64,000 nucleotides of DNA from Thecamonas trahens ATCC 50062 (Eukaryota; Protista; Apusomonadida). The position numbers were made by a program, and so were the translations under genes. Under the pieces are notes generated by a model. The model had not been told where the DNA came from, did not search any database, and saw nothing but the letters and a program-made list of their open reading frames with translations. Shown piece by piece: positions 44,219 to 53,855 of this stretch. The stretch lies in contig NW_013657617.1 in NCBI RefSeq assembly GCF_000142905.1, forward strand, positions 47,567 to 111,566, read 5' to 3'. Positions within the stretch are counted from its first letter, which is position 1, and each line of letters begins with the position of its first letter.

Positions 44219-46084
44219 CGAGAGCGTCACCCCGCGCTCGCCCACAAGCGTGTCGTAGCCGTCGGGGAAGGCGGTGATAAAGTCGTGGGCATGCGCCTGG
44301 TCGCACGCCCGCTCGATGTCGGCCTGGCTCGCGCCGGGCGCGGCGTACGCCACGTTGTCGCGGATCGAGCCAGAGAAGAGGACAGCCTCCTGCGGGACGA
44401 CGCCCACAACCTGAGAGCGGAGCGTCCGGAGATCCCACAGAGCCACATCTTTGTCGTTGACAACGACCCGTCCGCTGGTCGGCGGGTACAGGCCGGTCGC
44501 CAGGGCCACGATCGACGACTTGCCCGAGCCCGACGGACCAACTAGCGCGGTCCGCGTTCCAGGCTCGAGCCGGAACGAGAGCTCGTCAAAGATGCGCGTC
44601 TCGGGCCGGCTGGGATAGGCAAAGCCGACGCGGTCAAAGTGCAGGTCAGCTGGGAGTGGAGCCGGCGCCCGAGGAGAGGCGATGACGGCCGGGGCAGACG
44701 GGGCCGGGATGGGGTGGTGATCTGCGGCGGGAGGGGCGGCGTCGAGAAGAGCAAAGACGCGAGCAGACGCGCCGACGCCCTTCATGACCTCGCCGTAAAC
44801 ACGGAAGACGCCGCCGACCGAGACGCCGACGTAAATGGTGTACATGAGGAACGAGGTGAGATCGCCGAGGGTCATGGCGGCGGCGGCGACCTGCGATGCA
44901 CCGACGCCAAGGACGCCGAGGACGGTGACGTTGCCAGCAAGGCCGATGCCCGAGTAGAACAGCGCCGATGCCTTGCCCTGGGCCACAGCGAGGTCGTAGA
45001 TGCGGGCGACGGCCGAAGCGTACGAGACCGACTCGGTCTCCTCCTGGGCAAAGAGCTTGACGGTGCGGACGTTGGAGAGGCGCTCCTCGGCGAGCGCCGA
45101 GGTGGCGGCGAGCTCGTCCTGCACCCCGCGCTGTAGATCGCGGACGTGGCGGCCAAAGAAGACGGCGCCGGCGGCGATGGGCGGGACAAAGCCGAGGGTG
45201 GTGAGGGCGAGGACCGGCGAGAGGTAGAACATCATAGCGACGCCGCCGATGCCTTGCAGAACATTGCGGACGGCGGATGGCACGTTGTCCACCAGAATGG
45301 AGCCCATCAGCGCCGTGTCGGCAGAGAGGCGGGTGACCAGCTCGCCGGAGCGGGCGGTGTCAAAGAAGGCGGCGTTCTTGCGGACAAGCGACCCAAAGAG
45401 CGAGCTTCGCAGATCGGCGATGACCGACTGGCCAGCGGCAACAAGGAGGCGGATGCGGGCGTAGTTGGCGGCAGCGCCGGCAGAGAAGACGGTCAGCCCA
45501 GCAGCGGCGAGCATGACCATGGTCTCGGGATCGGCCACCAGAGCCGTCAGCGAGTCGAGCGACTTGCCGACCGCCGCCGGCACCACCAGATTGACACCCG
45601 ACGAGACGGCGAGGCAAGCCAGCGCCACCGCGATCTTGCTCGTCTGCGGGCGGGCGAGGTCAAGGAGGGCAGCAATGGCCTTGCGATCTGGCGATGGCGA
45701 CGAGGAAGACGCCATCTTTGGCGAGGAAGAGGAAGAGGAGGACGACGACGATGATGTGGGCGACGATGACGAGCTCGACATCATCTTTGACGAGGACCAC
45801 AGAGCAGGGGAATGCGGCGATGTGAGCGAAAACCGAGGCGAATATACCGAAGAGTGCCACAAACGAGATTGCGCAGCGGGGAGACCAGCCGGCGAGACAG
45901 TGGCCATTGCGCGGCCTTTTTGTAGCGACGGCAACTTGCCCAACTCTGCTGCTGCTCTGCTGGGTCGGCCAGGGCGAGCCGAGCTCATGGCCATCATGAC
46001 CACAGACGGAGGCCATACGCGGAGTAGGGGGAAGAGACCATGACGAGGAGGCCCACAGGAGATACGGGTGGCGAGGCGGAGCAT
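43913..46084 (-). CDS. Mitochondrial ABCB half-transporter (ABCB10/Mdl1-like)
   Basis: FFDTARSGELVTRLSADT, AEERLSNVRTVK, FAYPSRP, Walker A GPSGSGKS, signature LSGGQRQRIAIAR, Walker B LILDEATSALD. Long Arg/Ser-rich presequence. Confidence 0.92.
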
Positions 46085-46273
46085 GGTGGGTGGAGGGGGT
46101 GGAGGGGGTGGAGGGGATGGGTGGGGTGGGGTGAGTGGGCGTGGGTGGGTGGGGCGGGGAGGGGGAGTTGGGGTTGGGGGTTGGGTTGGGAGGGGGGGGG
46201 GGGGGGGGGGGATGATGGGGAACGGGCATACTGGTGGTGTTTGAAGAGAGACATGAAAGGGAAACAGGGAGGA

Positions 46274-47590
46274 TCACGCCTGACCCTCGAGCGACTCGGC
46301 GCACTGCGAGGAGCAGCAAGGCTTGCCGGCTGCTGCGATGAACTGAAGGCCGTCAAAGCCAGCAGAGCAGACAGCGCACTTGAAGCATGAGGTGTGGAAG
46401 CGGCTGGACATGGCCTCGATAGACTCCTCGGTCGAGAGAATCCGTGCCGAGCACGCTCTGCAGTGGACCTGCGGCAGCCAGTTCTCTACGCACTCCTGGT
46501 TGCAGAACACCTTGCCGTCGAGGTGTGAAAAGGTGAGCGAGGGAAGGTCGACGCACACTGCAGGCACTTGAGGCACTCCTCGTGCCACGTCTTGTCCAGC
46601 GCGAGGAGGTAGGTGCCCACAAGCGTGCCCGAGCACACGCAGCATGTCTCGCTCCCGGTCGCCTCGCGAACCTCAGCCGATCCCGCCGCTGAAGACCCAC
46701 CCGGCGCAGGAGCTGACGCCTCAGACTGCGTCGCGTGCTGGCACGCCGGGTGGTACGTCGATCCGTTGACCACCACATACTGCCCGCCGTCCTCGATCGC
46801 CCCGCCGCACTCGCCGCACGGCTGTCCAGCATCGACGCATCCCTGGTTGCAGTACGGCGCATCCTCCGCCACAACAAACTTGCCCGCCGGGAACGTCGCG
46901 TTGCACCGCTTGCATCGCAGGCACTCATTGTGCCACTTGGCCCCGAGTGCCGTCAGTGATGAGACCGCCAGGGAGATCTGCTTCTTGCACCCGGCACACA
47001 CGTCGGTAGCACTGTTGGGGGAGCAGGAGTGAGTCACGGCAGATGTACAAAAATATAGTATTTGGCTGCAGCCACACACCGGGTCACTTACTTGCGCGCG
47101 TCAATGCAGCTCTGCGAGCAGTACGGGTCGCCTGCGAGCTTGAGAAACTTGTTGTCGGAAAAGCCTGTGTTGCACTGTGTGCATGTGAAGCACTCTTTGT
47201 GGAACTTCTGGTTGAGCGCCTCGAGAACAGGCCTGATACCCCCACACCGCACCAACATCCGTGAGTGCTTCCCCCCCTCTCCCCCTTCCCTGAAAAAATT
47301 TACACACCAACCCATAGTCACCGGGTCACCTCCCGGCTCATCGAAACCGCCCGCACGATCACGTCACCTGACCAACATCACGCCACAGGGCGCAACAGGC
47401 ACGGCCCCTCCAGCCCCCTCCAGCCAAACTCCAGCCCCCCCTCCCCCTTCCATGCCCCCACCACCTCTACCACCACCACTGCCACCACCATGTACACCCC
47501 CTGCCCAAACTGCTGGTCATGGGCGACTACGTACGCCTCAAAGGGGAAGCCCGAGCCACACTTGAAGCACGTCGACGTTGCTGCTGCCAT
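46274..47590 (-). CDS. Multi-LIM protein (4 LIM + one internal half-LIM); exons 47590-47535, 47232-47092, 47011-46274, with a frameshift at ~46542
   Basis: Phase-2 introns gc|GTACGT..tcAG|g (302 nt) and aa|GTAAGT..acAG|t (80 nt) assemble CFKC..FHKECFTCTQC..YCSQSC. Further repeats CAGC..WHNECLRC, CCVC..WHEECLKC and CRAC..FHTSCFKC. Confidence 0.85.
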
Positions 47591-47838
47591 TCCGAAGAAA
47601 AGAGAGAGGAATGCCGTGCTGTTGCCGCTGCCGGTTGCGCACGTGCCGACTGGCGGTGGTACTTTTGGCGCTAAAATTCGGTGTGATGCGAGCGGTTTGG
47701 CTCTCGGATCGGGAGCAGATGTGATCCAAAGGGGGATGGGTGAGGTGCGTGTGTGTGCGTACGTGTGCATGTGTGTGGTGAGCATGCGGTGTGCGTGCGT
47801 GTGAGAAGGAAAGGTGTTTACCCAAACAGCAAAAGCCA

Positions 47839-50800
47839 TCACTCGGCCACAGCCCGCGTCGACAGCTTCGACGTCGTAGCTGTTAGGGGTGATCGAGATC
47901 GGCTTCGCGACTCGGTGTTCCGAGCTGTCCTCAGACTGGATGGCGAGGGCGAGGGCGAGGGTGAGGGCGAGGGTGAGGGCGCGAGCAGTGACCGCGGTGA
48001 GCGGTGGGAGAGAGGGCCGACTCTGTTCCGCCGCGACCGGCTCCGGGCCATTGATCGCCGCCGTGGGCGCGCGACAGAGAGGGACGCAGACGCCGACCGC
48101 GGCACTCGCGCAAGATTGCGTAGCCGGTCGACCGTCGCCGTCGTCCGCCGCCGCCCGGACCGACTCTTCGGAAAGCCTGCCATCGCTGGCGCCGTCCGGT
48201 TGAGCGCATTGGCTAAGGACTGCGGTGGCGACGATCGCCGAGGCGGCACGTCGGAAACCGCTTCTTCCGACAACGTCGAGTCCGAGAGGTCAACTTGCCC
48301 GTTGGCAATGAGTATGCCCTCAGACGACTCAAGGCTGTTAAAGGCAGCCTGGATGCGCGAGAAGCCGCGCGTTTTCGCCGGCGATGCGTTCGACCACAGG
48401 TCAGAGCCCGAGTCGCCAGCCTCATCCGACGGGTACTGCAGCGTCGGCACCGCATCGTCGGCCGACCGCACCCGCGGTGAGCTTGCAGAGTGCGGCGAGA
48501 GCAGGCCTCTACTGCCGGACCGCATCCCTGACCGCCCGGTCGATGTCCGGATCCGCGCCACCGCCGACGCCCTGTATTCCGGCGAGCTGGCGACGGGCGA
48601 GAATGACGTCTCGATGTCATCCACCATATCCGACTGGATGTCGATCTCCAAATGCGCGTAAGCCGACGGCGGCGCGCAGACGTCTTTGTCGGGCAACGAT
48701 GACGATGACGATGACGATGACGATGTCGACGACGAGACCGTTGACGACGAGGCAAGCGACGACGACAACCGCGCGATCGGAGGCGGCAGCTGAGCGCCAA
48801 CAACGGGCGTCATGCCACGCAGCTGGCCACCACAGCACCGCCCCGCTGACAGCCGAGGAATGACCGCCTCGTACAGCTCGAAGCTGCGGGTTACTATTTC
48901 TCCCCGAGCCGATCCGCAAGTGTAGCGTCCAAGATGGGTGAAGTCGAGCTCGGTTCGGGCGCAGCCGGCCACCACATCGGCGTCGACCACAATCTGGCCG
49001 CCAACCCCACAGTCGCCCACCGATTGCGCGTCGACCATATCAGGGCCCTCATATGAAAACCGCTGAGTCCGCTCCACAAACTCGCGGCTTGGCTCGGCCA
49101 TAGAGATGCCCATCCGCACACGCAGCCCGTGCCAGATCGCACCCGGCCCGTTCTGGGAGACCAGCGTCTCATCGTCCAGGATGGCCGCCGGCCACGGTAG
49201 CTCCATCAGCCTCTCCTGGATGGTGATGGCGGCACGTACCGCCGAGACCGCGTCGCGGAAGACAACCACAAAAGAGTCGCCCTCGGTCCGCACCTCGTAT
49301 CCGTTGTGCTGCGCAATGGCACTGCGGAAGGTGGCGTTGTGCATGTCGATGGCGTCCGCCATCGCTTCTGGATACGCCTCCCAGAGCATGGTCGAGCTCT
49401 GGACGTCTGAAATGAGGACCGCCAGTCGCCCGTCCGGCGCGTTCTGGTCCGCCATCTTCCCTAGGAGGTACGCCGCGTGAGCTCTACGGCGGCGAATGCG
49501 GACGAGGACGAGAAAGGCAAAAGCGAGAGCCACGCAACCGGCGGCCGACGACGACGCAATGGCAATGACCTCGGGATCACGGATGCCGGGCGTTGCCTGG
49601 AACGCCTGCTCGCACGTGGCTCCGTTACCACCACACACGCCGCAGCCGTCGATAACCACGCCCGAGTTGGGCACCGCGTCGCATCCAGCGCAGCTCGTCG
49701 AGTTTCCATAGCACACGCCACACGCGTCCTCAAGCCGTCCGCCACCAAAGCAAACTCCGCAGCTATCGCGCGCAGCGTTACGACCAAAGCAGACCTGGCA
49801 GGCGTCGCGATCGGCGTTACCACCAAAGCACACGCCGCACGAGTCGCGACCTGCATTGCCACCAAAGCACACTCCGCAAGCATCCAGGAAGATGTTCGGC
49901 GCGATGCCGGTTGTCCCGCCGGTGCACATGCCACAGCTGTCGATGGACGCGCTGCCGCCACAGACACCGGCGCAGTCGAAGGTGGCATAGGGGCCGAGAG
50001 CCGGATTGCATGATTGGATACACGATGTCCCGTTCCCGCCGCACTCTCCGCAGGCGTCAACCACACCGCCAAAGCCATCGCAGCCAATACAGGTCGAGTT
50101 GTCGCCGGCACACACGCCGCAGACATCGGCCGTTCCGCTGGAGCAGCCTTCGCAGCGGGCAAAGCAATCCCCACAGGAATCAAGGTGCATAAGCGCCGGC
50201 CGACCGGTAGTCCCACCGACGCACACGCCGCATTCGTCGATGATGGCACTCCCGTTGCACACGCCAGCACAGTCAAAGACGACCGTGACTGCTGAGGAGT
50301 TGTCACAAGTGGCGAGGCACGAGCCGACAGCCGGGCCGCCGCACACGCCGCAGGCATCAAAGTAGGCGCCGCCAAGCGGGATCGGCACGCCGTCGCACCC
50401 GAGACAGCTGCTTCCGTCGCCATCGCACTCACCGCACACATCTGGCACGGCGCCCGAGTTGGGCACACCGTCGCATCCCGCGCAAGTCGCGTTGTCACCG
50501 AAGCACACGCCGCATGCGTCGAGAGCCGCGCCGCCGCCAAAGCACACACCGCAGATATCGAGATCGGCATTGCCGCCAAAGCACACGCCGCACGCGTCGC
50601 GATCCGAGTTGGCGACATGACCGGACGCCGGGCCCGAGCATACGTTGCAGTCATCGCGGGAGTCCCGTGGATCGCAGGGTGTTGGTGGGGAGGGTGGGGC
50701 CGATGGTGGCGGCGGCGATGGATGTGGAGGAGGAGGAGAAGGTGGCGGCGGCGGTGATGGGGGTGATGGCGGTGGCGAAGGGGGTGATGGCGGTGGCGAT

Positions 50801-52028
50801 GGGGGTGGTGGAGGAGGAGAAGGTGGCGGCGGCGATGGGGGTGGGGGTGGAGGAGAGGGTGGCGGTGGCGGAGGCGGCGATGGAGGGGGTGGTGGAGGAG
50901 AGGGTGGCGGTGGAGGAGGCGGTGATGGAGGAGGAGAGGGTGGCGGTGGTGGCGGTGGAGGAGGCGGTGATGGAGGAGGAGAGGGTGGCGGTGGAGGAGG
51001 CGGAGGAGAGGGTGGCGGTGGAGGAGGCGGCGATGGAGGGGGTGGTGGAGGAGAGGGTGGCGGTGGAGGAGAGGACGGCGGGGGTGGAGACGGCGATGGA
51101 GGTGGTGGTGGAGGAGAAGGCGGCGGTGGAGGCAGCGATGGAGGTGGGGGTGGAGACGGCGATGGAGGTGGTGGTGGAGGAGAAGGCGGCGGTGGAGGCA
51201 GCGATGGAGGTGGTGATGGGGCGCAGGCACGCATGTCGGCGGTAGTGCAGGCGAGAATCCAGATGCGGTGCACGTCTGCGTTGCTGGTCCCGACAAGACA
51301 AACCCTGCGTTGCATCCATACGTAGCCGTGTCGCCGTGGAAGAGCCGGTCGGTGTAGTCGGCGGTGATGGAGACAGTGCCATCGATCGGAGCAGTCGGCA
51401 CCGGCAAGCATGACGGACAGATGGTCAAGTTCATGACAGGCGCGTCTGTGTTTGAAGAGTAGCTCGTGAGCTTGGCTGGAAGGCCTTGGTTCTTCTTGCT
51501 GATGCCATGCAGGATTTCAAAGGCGCCAGAGCATTGGCTCGACGGCAGGCTTCCGCTGTAGCGATAGAACGATGCCGAGTTGGTCAGGCTCAACATGAGC
51601 GCGTAGTACTTGCCAGGCTGAAGGGGCAGTCGAGTAGGAAACGAGATGTCGGCCGTTGTGTCGCCTATGGCATACGTCTCGCCCGAGATGAGCGGACCAG
51701 AGGCGGAGAAGTCGCCGCCACCAATTTTTAGATCGTATTTGTTGAGTGTGTCCGTCTCCGACTCGTACAATGCGTACGACATACCTCCATGCGGTGCCGA
51801 GAGTCGGATAGTTGCGCCACAGAGCGTCGCCATATTTCCTTGATCCGGGCTCATGTAACGAAAGGCAATGCCCACGCCCCATTTCTCGTTCGCACTCGTA
51901 AGGCTTCCCTCCAACCCGCCCGAGCAAATCGCCTCTGCCACGCACAATTCACAGCTCAGCAGCGCCACAAAAAGCGCAGCAGCAAGGCCATGCACAATCC
52001 CTGGGCGGGATATTGTGCAGCACAACAT
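47839..52028 (-). CDS. Receptor-type class III nucleotidyl cyclase: signal peptide, Sushi/CCP, extensin-like SPn stalk, DxCGVCxG repeats, TM, cyclase domain; frameshift at ~51220
   Basis: ORF 49461..52028 carries the signal and Sushi (GDTATYGCNAGFVLSGPATQTC). ORF 47839..51411 carries the stalk, Cys repeats, TM and LISDVQSSTMLWE, GYEVRTEGDSFVVVF, GLRVRMGI. Confidence 0.85.
50683..51221 (-). repeat. Coding Ser-Pro(n) extensin-like repeat
   Basis: About 180 codons of SPPPP(P) repeats. Confidence 0.9.
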
Positions 52029-52358
52029 GGCCTAATTGGCGACTGCGTGTATGTGTGTGTGTGAGTGTGTGTGTATGCAGGGAGATGAGGGGGAGGGGGG
52101 TGTGATGAAGATGTGTGTCGTGACCCTCCTGTGGTGGTTCCCGCTGCGGTTGATCTTCGATTCTGCCGCAGCCGCACGCGTGTCACAGTCCTGGCACTTA
52201 ACTCGACCATAAATTTTTTCATCCCTTACCCACCCCCCACCCCCCACGTACGCTTCACCCACTCGCGCCGCTTGACGGCGACAACCTCTTCACGACTCGA
52301 CGACGATACGTTGAGCGTTTGCTACTTGACGCTGCGACCGAACAAGAACAGGATAGCT

Positions 52359-52598
52359 ATGGACAGCATGGGCGTAGGAATGCAGGCACTGGAGCAGCAG
52401 GTTCAGCTCTTTGGCGAGCTCACCTCGCTGACGGAGCGGTTTTTCAAGCTCTGCGTCAAGAGAGTCGACAGCGGGAGCTTGAGCGATGCCGAGGCGCTCT
52501 GCTTGTACAACTGTTTTGCGCGGACGCAGGACACGTTCAACACGGTCGGCGAGTATGTCCAGAGCGAGGCGCAGCGTATGGCCGCAGAGAACCAGTGA
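52359..52598 (+). CDS. Small Tim chaperone (Tim9/Tim10/Tim13 family)
   Basis: 79 aa. LTERFFKLCV...LSDAEALCLYNCFAR follows the zf-Tim10/DDP pattern, but the first Cys is replaced by Phe. Confidence 0.75.
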   Translation: MDSMGVGMQALEQQVQLFGELTSLTERFFKLCVKRVDSGSLSDAEALCLYNCFARTQDTFNTVGEYVQSEAQRMAAENQ

Positions 52599-52603
52599 TT
52601 TCC

Positions 52604-52680
<77 letters not shown>
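52604..52680. repeat. (GAT)~25 microsatellite
   Basis: Perfect trinucleotide run 5 nt after the small Tim stop. Confidence 0.97.
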
Positions 52681-52953
52681 CTATGGTGATCGATCGTGTC
52701 CTCGTGGTCGTCCTCTGATCGCACGCGCCTGTGGCCATCAAGCCTGTAGTGGCTATGCTTGCATGCGTTATTCGTCCTGCTCTCTCTCTCTCTCTCAACC
52801 GGCCACGGCATGTGCAGATCGCTATCGCTGCTACCCGGCCGCCGTGGCGGCGGCTGGTGTGGTGCAGAGGCGAACAAATGCAGCGGATGGGTTGGTCTGG
52901 CCGAGTCACAAGGTCACGATGATGTACTTTACTCCCATGTTAAACGAGTGCGC

Positions 52954-53652
52954 TCACGCTGCATCGTCGTCGACGTACTTGGTGTACTTGGCTGACGAGC
53001 CCTTGGCCTTGGCGGCGGGGTATTTGCGGGCGTTGAGCTCGAGCTTGCGGAGGACAGCATGCGAGAGATCGATGCCTGCCGACGAGGCAAGGCGGATGAG
53101 GTACAGCAGGCAGTCGGCCATCTCCTCGCCGACATGAACCCGATCGTTGTCCGAGAACGAGGGCAGTCCGGGGAGCACCTCGCCGCGCCATTGGAAGATC
53201 TCGGCAAGCTCGCCGATCTCGCCCACAAGGGCAAGAACAATGTTGCGCGGCGTGTGGAATTGATGCCACTCGCGCTCGGTGCAGAACGCCTCCAGCCGCC
53301 GCCGCAGCGTCTCCAGCGCCAGCGGCGAGAACGGGACGTTCGGATACGCACATGCCGCCTCCTCTGCTCCTGCTGCGCCTTGCTCATCGCCATCATCGCC
53401 ATCATCGCCATCATCGCCATCATCGCCATCATCGCCATCGTCGCCATGTTGCTCATCCCCCTTCATCCGCTCTGCCAGCCATGCGTCTGTCTTGTCGGTC
53501 TCCCACCCGAGCGTCTCCGCCGCCAGCCCCACCACAGCGTCGGTGCTCAACCGGCCCGATTCGACGAGGGCCAGCAGCATCTTCTCGCCTGCGGCCTCAT
53601 CGCTACAGGTAGTGTCAGAGCGAGAAACTTGGTCAGAGGCATTGTCGGACAT
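52954..53652 (-). CDS. DCTPP1: dCTP pyrophosphatase 1 (MazG-like all-alpha NTP-PPase)
   Basis: EREWHQFHTPRNIVLALVGEIGELAEIFQW, VGEEMADCLLYLIRLA and KLELNARKYP. N-terminal extension carries (GDD)n. Confidence 0.92.
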   Translation of the reverse strand: MSDNASDQVSRSDTTCSDEAAGEKMLLALVESGRLSTDAVVGLAAETLGWETDKTDAWLAERMKGDEQHGDDGDDGDDGDDGDDGDDGDEQGAAGAEEAACAYPNVPFSPLALETLRRRLEAFCTEREWHQFHTPRNIVLALVGEIGELAEIFQWRGEVLPGLPSFSDNDRVHVGEEMADCLLYLIRLASSAGIDLSHAVLRKLELNARKYPAAKAKGSSAKYTKYVDDDAA

Positions 53653-53855
53653 GTTGCTGGAGATGACCGGTGTTGAGGTAGAGTAGCTGCTGTCGTTCGC
53701 CGTGGCGAGGTGCAGACAAGTGGCGAGCCGGTTCCAGCGGTGGGATCACCGCCGCTCGGTGCACGCCGCTCCGGCCAACGAGGCGCACACTGCCTTGGCT
53801 GCGCGTCAGACAGCAAGTTGTTTATCAGATCAGTGCGCTGGCAGGAGAGCAAGCA

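Noticed and set aside
52319-53137. Poly-Asp, poly-His and poly-Ile ORFs
   Set aside because: Translations of the (GAT)n microsatellite.
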